A DNA stretch of 64,000 nucleotides from Octopus sinensis (lineage: Eukaryota), in NCBI RefSeq assembly GCF_006345805.1, contig NC_043003.1, positions 109,430,001 through 109,494,000 of the forward strand. The letters are read 5' to 3'. The notes under the pieces were generated by a model. The model saw only the letters and a program-made list of their open reading frames with translations. It had not been told where the DNA came from and made no database searches. The stretch's first letter is position 1; the number at the start of each line of letters is the position of its first letter. A program made the position numbers and the translations under genes. Below, piece after piece: positions 52,280 to 63,712 of this stretch.

Positions 52280-52337
52280 TTGACCATCTGTGGACATTTG
52301 AATCATGGAACCGGCACCTTCAATATAGTGACCATAC
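52280..52337 (-). CDS. TRDMT1: TRDMT1/DNMT2 coding exon (target-recognition region)
   Basis: ctattag|G-TAT...CAA|gtaagt. Reads (R)YGHYIEGAGSMIQMSTDGQ, 58 bp. Confidence 0.92.
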
Positions 52338-53317
52338 CTAATAGAAACAAATCGATGAAAATGATGATGATGATAATAATAATGATAATGATTTCTTTTA
52401 TTTGCCACCAGGGCAAAGGATGAGGTGGGACAGTACAAAGACAGACATCAAATGTGGTGGGTTTACATATAATGAAATGAAAGAAAAAATATATTACTCT
52501 TTTACTCTTTTACTTGTTTCAGTCATTTGACTGCGGCCATGCTGGAGCACCGCCTTTTAATCGAGCAACTCGACCCCGGGACTTATTCTTTTTGTAAGCC
52601 CAGTACTTATTCTATCGGTCTCTTTTGCCGAACCACTAAGTAACGGGGACATAAACACACTAGGATCGGTTGTCAAGCAATGCTAGGGGGACAAACACAG
52701 ACACACAAAGACACACATGCATACATATATATACATATATACGACGGGCTTCTTTCAGTTTCCGTTTACCAAATCCACTCACAAGGCTTTGGTCGGCCCG
52801 AGGCTATAGTATAAGACACTTACCCAAGGTGCCACGCAGTGGGACTGAACCCGGAACCATGTGGTTGGTAAACAAGCTACTTACCACACAGCCACAAATG
52901 TACAGAAAATATATACAGAATGCAATAAGATATTGAAGAGAAGCATCGTAGTATACCATAGTAAAAATATAATAAAATTAAATACAAAAAAAATAATGAT
53001 AATGACAATAATAATAATAATCATAATAATAATCCTTTCTACTTCCAGCAAGCTAACAATTCTGCAAGCTTGCTGCCGAATAATAATGATAATAATAACC
53101 CTAACCCTTTCTACTAAATGCACAAGGCTTGAAATTTGCAGGGAGGGGACTAGTCAATTAAATCGACCCCAGTACGTAACTGGTACTTAATTTATCGACC
53201 CCGAAAGGATGAAAGGCAAAGTTGACCTCAGTGGAATTTGAACTCAGAACGTAGTGACAGGCGAAATACTGCTAAGCATTTTATCCAGCATGCTAACAAT
53301 TCTGCCAGCTTGCTACC

Positions 53318-53335
53318 TTAATAATAATAATAATG

Positions 53336-53372
<37 letters not shown>

Positions 53373-53419
53373 TAATAATAATAATAATGATAATAATAAT
53401 AATAATAATAATGATGATG

Positions 53420-53450
<31 letters not shown>

Positions 53451-53492
53451 TAATAATAATAATAACTTTAATAATAATAATATTAATAATGA
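53318..53492. repeat. (AAT)n microsatellite
   Basis: Direct reading of the sequence. Confidence 0.95.
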
Positions 53493-53513
53493 TAACAGAA
53501 TGTAAAATTTTAC

Positions 53514-53881
53514 CTTTTTGTGAAGCAGACACTCTTACGTAAATGAGGACAGACAATATCTAAAATTACAAACAATGAAAAGTACTTTTCTGGCATTAGA
53601 AACTGGTCATAATATTCTTTTGATTGATTAGTTTCTAAGAAACCTTTAAGTGCCTTGCAGTTAGGGTAAGAAATACCATTTTCAAACTCTTCTTGGTGTA
53701 GGATTGTACTATATTTGTTATAATAGTCCAAAAAATCCCTAATTTCTTCCTTTTCAGTTTTACAAGTCAGTAAGCAGTTGATGTCTTTGTCTTGTGACAG
53801 GCAAGTGGTCTCACCACAGTCTTCAGAAGGCTCTATGTGATGCAACCATTGTTTAGAGCAAGCTGGTAACTCTTCCTGCAA
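53514..53881 (-). CDS. TRDMT1: TRDMT1/DNMT2 coding exon (variable region to the CFT motif)
   Basis: tttcag|TTG...AAA AG|gtaaaa. Ends LKGFLETNQSKEYYDQFLMPEKYFSLFVILDIVCPHLRKSVCFTK, 368 bp. Confidence 0.9.
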
Positions 53882-54467
53882 CTGAAATGAAGCAAAGAAT
53901 TCATGAAAAGTTCATTTTCTCAACACTTTAGCATTTAAACTGGCCATAACCAATCAAAATAATCTACCTGCTTTATCTTTAAACCAACCAGATCTGACCT
54001 ATCACACTCACCCTACAATATTATTCTGAATATAAACAATCATGTCATTGAAGTCTCAGAGGTATAAGGTAATGCATGACTAATTCAAATCAATGTGAAT
54101 AAATAAGCATTACATTTGACAGAAAAATCTGCCAAAGGGGTTAAAAATGTCATTTACTGACCACAGTTAAATGGGTTATTGACCAAATGAAGGCAGCCAT
54201 TTTATGCCTGCTTCCCCAGCTGGTATGGGTTAGACAGTTCATCATGGTCTGAGTCACCTCCCAAAGACCAGGTACTCACATGACCTTTGACTTGATTTCA
54301 ATGGTTAATCGACCACCCCATTTAACTGCACCGTCTAATAGAATCCATTTAGCTGCAAGCAAAGAGGAGGGGGAAGAAAACAGTCAATTATATGGAGACC
54401 AGACTGCCATATATCTTACACCCACCCTCCATACCAAATGACAAAAAGCAAGGTCAACATCAGTGAG

Positions 54468-54655
54468 TACTGCTTACGGAGTTTTTCAGCTGCTGTGTCT
54501 ACATTTTCAAGTCATAGACATCTTTTACTGACTGAAGTTTTAAAAAAACAAATAATTATTATCATGTTGAATTCATTCAATGATTCACCAATTTCTTTCT
54601 TGAGATTCATTCAAGCCATAACTGAGCGTGCTAAGGTAGTGTTAATACTTGTAAA
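54468..54655 (-). pseudogene. Partial duplicate of the 51388-51544 exon plus its upstream intron
   Basis: Matches about 51485-51670, retains ttcag|TCAGTAAAAGATG, with AAG changed to a TAG stop. Confidence 0.85.
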
Positions 54656-54779
54656 GTATTGTAAAGGCATTTTTAGCTGATGCAATAACGAGTCTGTTAA
54701 TCACCAGCCTTAATCAAAGAATATTGATGCCAATATTCAAAAGAAGAGTGAAAAGCTTTCAAAAGAAAATTATACTTAC

Positions 54780-54887
54780 TTCGTCTGTTAAATCAAAATA
54801 AAACTTTCCTGGGTATTTTTTTGCTACGAGATAATATCGTGATCGACTATTTGGGATACCAAACTGTAGTGGGGTGAATATGAACTC
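54780..54887 (-). CDS. TRDMT1: TRDMT1/DNMT2 coding exon (motif VIII)
   Basis: ctgcag|GAG...GAA|gtaagt. Reads EFIFTPLQFGIPNSRSRYYLVAKKYPGKFYFDLTDE, 108 bp. Confidence 0.93.
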
Positions 54888-56797
54888 CTGCAGAACAGAA
54901 AGATTGAGAGGAGAGTGAATCATTTATATCATCATTATCATTATCATAATCATCATTCAGTGTTTTAAATCCGAGTTTTGTCCCCGTTAATGGGAGTGAA
55001 CGGATCTATCTCAATTCAATAGCAACCAAGGTAGGCAGGTGCAACCAACCCCAACCTTTGGGCTGGCTGGTGCCCATTCTCCTTTGCTATCATGAGGCTT
55101 TTTTGGAGCTGGATTTTCAACAGGGAGCATGCCCTTGTTTACCCATAACCAAGTTTCTAGACATGAGTGGTCCCAAGACCAAAGCCTCTATCATGATTTT
55201 TAAGAAATGTAGTAGAAAACTAGCTCAGGAAAGCAGGGATGCTACTCCCTGAGACCCCTTTTGGAGACCCCCTACCTATAGTTGGAATTTACAAAAAAAC
55301 AAAAGACAAAGACAGGTGTGTAAACAACAAATAGGTGTATTAGTTTAACGCTCGGTAAGGTAAGAAAGTCTTTTATGTTTCAAGACTACACTCTTCAACA
55401 GAAAGAAACATGAGAAAATAAACAGAGAGAGAATAGAAAAAGCTTTAATGGCTAGCGGTCGATCATGGCAATGGCCGGACAGAGGTAGTCAGACAGGAGA
55501 GCTAGGAAGAAGGGGAGATAATAAAGTAGTGGTAATCCCAAAATGAAGGTGTGCGTGTGTGTTTGTGAGAGTGTGTATATGCATGTAGATAGAGGCTGGT
55601 GACATTGATGTGTGGGTGTGTAAATGTGTAGGTGTGTGGATGATGGTGTGGGTGCTGGGAAGTGGTCAGTGCTAGTATGTGCGGGGTGGTGTGATAGGGT
55701 GTGGTGGTGTGGGTGCTGGGAAGTGGTCAATGCTAGTGTGTGCAGAGTGGTGCAATGTAGTGTGGTGTGTTGTGTTGTGGTGTGTTGGTGTGGTGATGTG
55801 TTATATGTTGTGTTGTGGTGTGTGGTGCGGTGTGGCATGATGTGGTGTGGTATAATAATCAAATGAATAATGACAGACAATGAATGATTGTCAGCTCTTT
55901 ACAGCTGTTTCTTATGCACTTTTTTAAATAGAAGAATGAGAAAACTACTTCACTGCAAAAAAACCATAATCATCAGATGAAGCAGTTTCGAAAACAAAAT
56001 ATATTCCAAGAATACAGCAGGGATGTGGCTGAATTCTGTTGAGGCTTATCGTGCTAAATACCCATAGGGTTGTTGTTCTCTGCATACACAACTAGAATAT
56101 CCTACTTGATACTTATCAACCGTAGGCAGTGACCACGGGTTCATCTAACCCTACAAAGACAAAGGGTGACACAACTTGGCACCAGTGATGCTGTAACACA
56201 TTTCTACAGCTGAGTGAAGTAGAGCAATGTGAAAGAAAGTGTCTTGTTCAAGAACACAACATGAACACGGTCTGGGAATTGAATATATATATATAAATGG
56301 CGGTGCCCCAGCATGGCCACAGCTTTGAGCTGAAACTAGATAAAATAAAAAAAAAGATAAAATAAAATATATAAAACATAGATATGTATATTAAAGGTGT
56401 CCACAAAATCTTCAGACAATTTCAAAAGGCCATCACAAAAAATTTAGAAGAGGTGGCAACTAAATTTTTGCTGCATATAAAGATGCTATTATCAAACTTA
56501 ATATTAATGTTATGTATTCAAGTCTCAGACTGCAATTAATGTTGTAATTTTAATAAACATTTTTTTCTGTCTAATGACTTTGTGTACACCCTGACGAGTA
56601 GATGGACAGCCAACAACTGATGAAGGGTCGTTCTTTATGTTACTTGTCCTGTTTTCCATTTGTTTCTCTCGTTTGCGTATGCAACTCTTTTGTTTTTATA
56701 TTTCATGTTGTTTATGGTTTGTGACGTCCTGTACCCATATATGCATATATATGTGTGTATGTGTATACATATACATTATTTATATTATTATATATTC

Positions 56798-56835
<38 letters not shown>

Positions 56836-56884
56836 ATTGTAAAGAATGGAGCTGAACGAAGATTTAACCAAATTCCTTTATTTT

Positions 56885-56970
56885 ATTTTCGACATATGTT
56901 TCGAAGTCTGCAAAGTCCCTAATTCCGATTGAATAAGGAGTCCATTTTGCAGCTTTCTCTTCAGGAAAAT
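56885..56970 (-). ncRNA. Core-perfect type I hammerhead ribozyme motif, intronic, sense to TRDMT1
   Basis: ATTTTC-CTGAAGA-G[AAAG-CTGCAAA...TTTGCAG-ACTT]C-GAAA-CATATG-TC-GAAAAT. G10.1-C11.1, triplet GUC, predicted cut between 56891 and 56890. Confidence 0.8.
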
Positions 56971-57060
56971 CCAGGAACTTAATTCTCCAACAAAATGCAC
57001 AACAAGCTTTTCGACAAACGCTCACGAGGAGCCCATGGAATAAATGGCACAAAATGTCTA

Positions 57061-57105
<45 letters not shown>

Positions 57106-57423
57106 ATTAAATTAGAGATAAAACCACTATTAGGCAACTCAAGCAATTAATTATAATTAATTATACTGTGAAATTTGATTTAATCCTAAATCTAATTTTT
57201 CCCTGTAAATTTGGATATAATCCCTAATATTATTATATATATATATATATATACATATACACACACACATATATATAAGAAAAGAAGGAAAAATCTACCA
57301 TAAAGATATATTCCTTGTTGAAAATTGTCCATGAATAACAATATAAAAAATTGATCAAATATTATCATAGAAAATAAACAAAAACAACAACAGTAACAAC
57401 AACAGCAATAAATTATTATTGCA

Positions 57424-57464
<41 letters not shown>

Positions 57465-57489
57465 CAATGCTGTTGAAAGAAGAGCTCAC

Positions 57490-57601
57490 CTGATATTTGT
57501 AATTACAGGCCTTGAGAGTCTTCAGAAAAAGATGTCTTGTTTCTGACACTTCAAACCCTTTGACATTTTCCAGCAGCATCAACGAGGGTGGACACTTCAT
57601 C
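57490..57601 (-). CDS. TRDMT1: TRDMT1/DNMT2 coding exon (motif VI, ENV)
   Basis: ttccag|G-ATG...CAG|gtgagc. Reads MKCPPSLMLLENVKGFEVSETRHLFLKTLKACNYKYQ, 112 bp. Upstream exons were not located. Confidence 0.93.
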
Positions 57602-57834
57602 CTGGAATAGGTGAAGGATTAATATTAACGACAAGAAAGTTGGCATCTGAGAGAAAGAGTTCTAATTAAGGTTTGCTCCAGTGGATCAGAGAGATTCTTT
57701 TGGCAGTTATTAGAATTAAAAAGAAAAAAAAAGATTATTTTTAATTGTCCAAGAAATTGTATCAGATGAGAGAAACAGCTATGAGTGTTTGGACGAAGAA
57801 GAGAATAAATAGCAGAAGTATTAACAATAGCATC

Positions 57835-58029
57835 AGCTGTAGTAGTAGTATTAGTAGTAGTAGTAGTAGTAGTTAGTATTAGTAGTAGCAGTAATAGTGG
57901 TGGTGGTGGTTAGTATTAGTAGTAGTAGTAGTGGTGGTGGTGGCAGTAGAAGTAGTAGTGGTGGTGGTGGTGGTGGTAGTAGTAGTGGTGGTGGTGGTAG
58001 TAGTGGTGGTGGTAGTAGTGGTGGTGGTG

Positions 58030-58070
<41 letters not shown>

Positions 58071-58233
58071 GGTGGTGGTGGTGGTAGTAGTAGTAGTGGT
58101 GGTGGTGGTGGTAGTAGTAGTGGTGGTGGTGGTAGTAGTGGTGGTGGTAGTAGTAGTGGTGGTGGTGGTGGTGGTGGTAGTAGTAGTAGTGGTGGTGGTG
58201 GTGGTGGTGGTGGTGGTGGTGGTAGTAGTAGTA
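57835..58233. repeat. (GTA/GTG)n microsatellite
   Basis: Direct reading of the sequence. Confidence 0.95.
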
Positions 58234-58480
58234 ACTGAGCAGAAATATTGTTCTACTTGTGGAGTGTTCAATGTAGCAACTAAGATTTATGAAGTTCACA
58301 ACTTTTAAGACAAAAATCAAATGCATAAATCACATTAATCCCCAGTAGCTTATTCATTAGCCTAACCCCATGAGTGACAGAAGCATATTTATTACATTAT
58401 CTTCAGCACATATGTAAGTGTCTGTCTGCCTGCTTCTCTCTAGACCAATGATTCTGAAACAGGGTCCATATAAGACTTTT

Positions 58481-59430
58481 CGCTATATATAGCGACTTTG
58501 GCTTAGTTATCAGCCTCAAGAAGAAGACCAACATCATGGGTTAGGCTATATCGGACATCCTAAACATACATATTGGAGACCACAGACTACAGGAGGTGGA
58601 GAAGTTTACCTATCTTGGCTCTACTGTCACCTACAACCTATCCCTTGATACTGAGCTCAATATACGCATTGGCAAGGCAGCTGCTGCGATGGCCCAACTC
58701 TCCAAACGGGCTTGGGACAACAATAAGCTGACCAAGACCACAAAAATGAAGATTTACCGGGCATGTGTGCTTAGCACTCTACTGTACAGAAGTAAGACTT
58801 GGATGCCATACATGCGCCAAGAGTGTCGCCTAAATATCTTTCACCTGTGCTGCCTCCGGAAAATCCTTGGCATCAAATGACAGAATCATGTCCCCAACAA
58901 AGATGTCCTCAAGCAAGCAGGAATACCAAGCATGTTTGCACTCCTCACACAAACACGTATGAGATGGCTTGGACATGTTAGCCGTATGGAAGATGGCAAA
59001 ATCCTCAAGGACATACTCTACGGAGAGCTTGCTAGGGGCACTAGGTCTGTGGGAAGACCGTTCTTACGATACGAGGATGTTTGCAAAAGGGACATGAAGG
59101 CCTGCAACATCAATATTAGCAACTGGGAAGCAGTTACCAGCAACCGTGGAGATTGGCGCCGTACCGTAAAAGAGGGAATACAAAGGAGTGACAGAGAGAG
59201 AGAGGAGAAATGGAAAGACAAGAAAAGACGTCAACAAGAAACTATGACACAACAACCAGCCAGGCAAGGTCTTCGCTACGTTTGCGGCACCTGCCAGAGG
59301 GAGTGTTTGTCCAGGATAGGACTACACAGCCACAGCAGGAGATGTATTAGGACATGAAATGTAAAAGCTGGACTAGATTATTTTATGTGCAACTCCATTG
59401 TCTCCCGAGACAAAATGGATGCCAACAACA
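58481..59430 (+). mobile_element. 5'-truncated RTE-clade (BovB-like) LINE
   Basis: EKFTYLGS, RIGKAAAAM, CVLSTLLY, MRWLGHVSRMEDG, GRPFLRYEDVCKRD and C-terminal C-x2-C-x12-H-x3-C. 3' end CCATTGTCTCCCGAGAC...GCCAACAACA. Confidence 0.9.
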
Positions 59431-59466
59431 ATATGTAGGTGTCTGTCTGCCTGCTTCTCTCTAGAG

Positions 59467-59810
59467 CAGGGATTCTCAACCAGGGTCCATAAGACTTTTG
59501 GGGTCCACATAACAAAAAAATAAATAAATAAATTGGGGATCCATAACAGCATTTTAAGAGTCTCTGAAAAAAAAAATCCATGCTTTAGATGTACGTATTG
59601 GTATGTATTGCAAGAAACAGCTGGGCTTCCTTCTCTAACATTTTACATAGTTTAACTTACACAAGTGAACAAGTGTAAAGCAAAATCGAAATTTTGAAAG
59701 AAGTGTCTATAAAACTAGCATTTAAGCTTTGTATGGCTATGGAGGTCCACCAGAATAAAATAGTAATCAAAAGGGGTCCATAGATAAAGAAATAGTGGAG
59801 AATCCCTTCT
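59467..59810. mobile_element. hAT-like MITE
   Basis: CAGGGATTCTCAAC / GTGGAGAATCCCT termini. Related to 14832-15097. Confidence 0.65.
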
Positions 59811-61577
59811 TGCTAAAAAAAAAAAATCTTGTTCACAATCTTCAAAGTCAACATGGAGCCTGAAGTTTATAGAGAAGACAGACTGGAGCATTCATGCAGA
59901 CTGGGTTATACAGTATAGAATCTTCCAATGACACTGAAAACCTTTGTCGCTCCATTAAGGTGGAACTTAATGGATATGGCAGAGTTTTCACAAAGGGATC
60001 AAATTGACACATCATGACAAAAGACTGTAAGTGTTATGTCACCTTGGAGAACAGCACTTGCTGTACAGTAGTTGCTGGAGTGAAGTAAAGCCATTGCTTA
60101 TTTCCCAAATGGGCAGAGATCAGAAATGAGATAACTTCATATTCTGAGCACTGTATGTTTTGGGTGTTGCATGTTTCTATAATACATCAAATTTGCTCCC
60201 CTATTTCAATGATATTGCAGTCTACTTTAGCTTCTCATACAGGTGCTTAATCTTATTATGTATATAGGAGCAGGTGTGGCTGAGTGGTAAGAAGTTTGCT
60301 TCCCAACCACATGGTTTTGGGTTCAGTCCTCCTGCATGACATCTTGGGCAAGTATCTTTTACTATATTCCAGGCTGACCTAAGCCCTGCAGGTTGATTTG
60401 GTAGACAGAAACTGAAAGAAGCCGGTCGTGTGTACACACACACACACACATGTATATATATGCAGATATCTATGTATGAGTGTCTTTCTGTTTGTGTTTG
60501 ACCTCCCTCCTTCATGCCACTTGACAATAGGTGTTGGTGTGTTTATGTCCCTGTAACTTTGCAGTTCAGCAAAGAGACTGATAGAATAAGTACCAGGTTA
60601 AAAGAAGAAGAAAAGCATAAGTACTGGGGTTGATTTGTTTGACAAAAAATTCTTCAACGCGGTGCCCCAGCATGGCCACATTCTAATGACAGAAACAGGT
60701 AAAAAGATAAAAGGTATATATATTTCATCATATGTGGTAAGTAGCCTGCTTACGAACCACTGGTTCCAGGTTCAGTCCCACTGCATGGCATCTTGGGCAA
60801 GTGTCTTCTACTATAGCTTCGGGCTGACCAAAGCCCTTTGAGGGGATTTGGTAGACGGAAACTGAAAGAAGCCCATCATATATATGTATATGTTTGTGTT
60901 TGTCCTCCCAACATCGCTTGACAACCGATGCTGGTGTGTTTACATCCCCATAACTTAGCGGTTCAGCAAAAGAGACCGATAGAATAAGTGCTAGGCTTAC
61001 AAAGACTAAGTCCTGGGGTCAATTTGCTCAACTAAAGGTGGTGCTCCAGCATGGCCACAGTCAAATGACTGAAACAAATAAAAGAGTAAAAATATATTTC
61101 ATCCTACTGAACCACCTTTTTTTTTCTCTCTCCATTTTTTCCCACTCAATCCTTTTTGCCAAAGGGCAAAGGCTCGAAACATCAAAGATTTTCCCATTCT
61201 TCCCAAGTGTCAAACTAATATGCCTGTTTGTTGTTCCTACATTTGTCTTTATCCTTTGTCTTTTGTAAAACTGAAACATGTATGTATGTGTGTGTGTGTG
61301 TGTGTGCGTGTGAAGGGGTGTGGCCCAGTGGTTAGGTTTTTGCATTCATGATTATATAATCGTGGGTTCAATTCCAAGACCAGGCAATACAATGTGCTCT
61401 CGAGCAAAACACTTCATTTCACATTGCTGCAGTCCACCTTTTGATCTGGGAGGAATGTTGATCCACTCACTTAGCCATCACGGTGGCTTCATTGAAAGGC
61501 CAGAACAAAGCATTGTGACTGGTGATGTGTAACAATATCTGATAGTTTAGTCTTTCACATGATACATATATATATAT

Positions 61578-61879
61578 CACCGTGACCGACCAGACTATCA
61601 GATGTTGCTACACATCGCTGGTCACAATGCGCTTCGCAGTGTTTTAGCCTTCAAATGACGCCACACCACTGGTTAAGCAAGCAGGCCAACAGAAGAAAGA
61701 GTGAGATAAAGTTGTGGTAAAAGAGTACAGCAGGGACCGTCACCACCCCCTGCCAGAGCCTCATGGAGCTTTAGGTGTTTTCGCTCAATAAGCACTCACA
61801 ACGCCCGGTCTGGGAATCGAAACCGCAATCCTATGATCGCGAGTCCGCTGCCCTAACCACTGGGCCATTGCGCCTCCAC
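61578..61879 (-). mobile_element. tRNA-headed SINE family D
   Basis: Minus-strand head GTGGAGGCGCAATGGCCCAGTGGTTAGGGCAGCGGACT...GGTTTCGATTCC. The tail also occurs at about 32905-33010. Confidence 0.75.
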
Positions 61880-62925
61880 TATATATATATATACATAACA
61901 GAGATATACTTGCATAGTAAGTGTTTTGATCGGCAATCACTTACTGAAATTAAAGCGATTGCAGCTGGAAGATGTAAGTTACCCACTCGGAAACACACAA
62001 AAACTGCCAACTTCACTTAAACATCTATTTGTAACACTGTTAAAATTTTCTTCATTCAAAACTGTGACCAGTTCACCTGACAAAAGATACAGCAAAACTT
62101 TTTACCTGTGAACAGGTTGCAGTTTTGAACAATGAAAAAAGTCTGACACTAAATTACAAATAGATGTTTAACTGAAGCTTACTGTTTCCATGTGGTTCTG
62201 AATTGCTAACTTGTGTCTTCCATACTACAATTGCTAAATACACACACACACACAAACACACAGAGTTGAGGAGTTTAGGTCAAGTTAACCAAAGCTAATA
62301 GAGGTATGCAGTCAGAGTGCTCCAGTTGACAAGCCACTAGAATCCCAGTTCAAACAGGGGCTGGAGCTGAAGCTGGGGTAGAACAAATGTCCAGGTGGGA
62401 GAGAACTGGCAATCAGTATCTTACCTTTGAGTCCCTAGAAATAGGTTAAATAAGAGCAAAACAATTAATCAAGGCAGGACTATGACATTTAGATTTGTTT
62501 AGTTTAATTGAAGAGAGTTAATGGTAATGCAATGTAGGTAGAATTAATATAGTCTCTTACAGCTGCTTCTGGGATATCCCAGGTACTGGATTATCCTATT
62601 GATCCAAGGTTCCATATACTGGGATTTCCATCATCAGAGAAATATAAGAAATATAAGTGGGAAATTATAGGCAGGAACATTTGTTGTAAAAAATGATTAG
62701 CGCAGCAGAAAGTTCATGGCTTGTTATAGCTTATTGTGTTCTGGAAGAAGACAGGGGGTTTATTCAGACCCACACAAAAGAGTTCTTCCTAATGTACATT
62801 CCTAGGTAAGTCTATTGTTCAAAATAAAGGTTGAGTAATGTATCCAATAGAGAGAAGCAAAAAAAATAGCGCTAAGAAGTTTGAAAGTCCATGTGATGTG
62901 TGTGTGTGTGTGTATGTGTTTAGGA

Positions 62926-63712
62926 TAGGGGTCACCAAACTATGGCCCATAGGCCGGATCTGTACTGTGAGGTTATTTCATCCAGCCTGCCACTGTACTG
63001 TACCTTTTGTGTAAATACCTGTAATGGGAGTTCATTTGCCTCTGGTATGGCATCAGTTCTTGGAACAACTTATGTCTGTGAGCAAACATTTTCAAAAAGG
63101 AAGAACGTGAAGTCAACACATTGAACGAGGTTAACTGAGGAAACTTTGAAAGGAATTCTCTTGGTTGCATGCAGCAATTCCAAAGCAAATACTGATTATA
63201 TCTTAAAAGCTAGACACCAGTTCCACAAGTCTCACATTTTTGCTGCTCAGTTTGTGAGATTTGGATATGTGTGCACTGGGTGTGACATGACTATCACATC
63301 GTTAACGCTGCCTTCTTTGATAACTTTTTGGCTGTCTTTATTTTTTATTACGGAGATGTACTTGCATAGCGAGTGACTTGATCTGAGATTGTGTGCTGGA
63401 ATGAAAACAATTGCAGCGTGGAAGGTGTTTATAAGCCATTTAAGAAACACACAAAACTTCATGCAGCACGAAGTTTTGTCAGTGAACAGGTCGCGGTCTC
63501 AAAGCGACGAAAATATTTTGACAAATTAAATTTAAATGTTGAAGTGAATCTAACGGTTTTGTGTGTTTCTAAAATGGCTTATAAACACCTTCCATCTGCA
63601 ATTGTTTATTTTTTGTGTATTCACTGTATTGTATTGAACAAAATGGGTATACGGCCCACGTTTGTCAATCACTCAGTTATTTGGCCCACCATGAAAAGTT
63701 TGGTGACCCCTG
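62926..63712 (+). mobile_element. Non-autonomous hAT element with transposase C-terminal remnant
   Basis: TIRs TAGGGGTCACCAAACT / AGTTTGGTGACCCCTG. Perfect 8-bp TSD GTTTAGGA (62918-62925 and 63713-63720). LGTTYVCEQTFS...RLTEETL dimerisation-domain remnant. Confidence 0.9.

Noticed and set aside
55340-55400. TTGAAGA...GAAAC motif (family also at about 61160-61200)
   Set aside because: The core lacks C3, and there is no stem III or UH triplet.
56611-56655. CTGATGA with partial flanking pairing
   Set aside because: No GAAA or stem III downstream.
62105-62160. Minus-strand TGCAACCTGTTCACAG|gtaaaa resembling the end of the DNMT2 PCQPFTR exon
   Set aside because: It does not translate to PCQ in any frame and is one arm of a palindromic repeat.
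62740-62810. Plus-strand segment ending in ag|gtaagt with faint DNMT2-like wording
   Set aside because: Wrong strand for TRDMT1 and no coherent frame.
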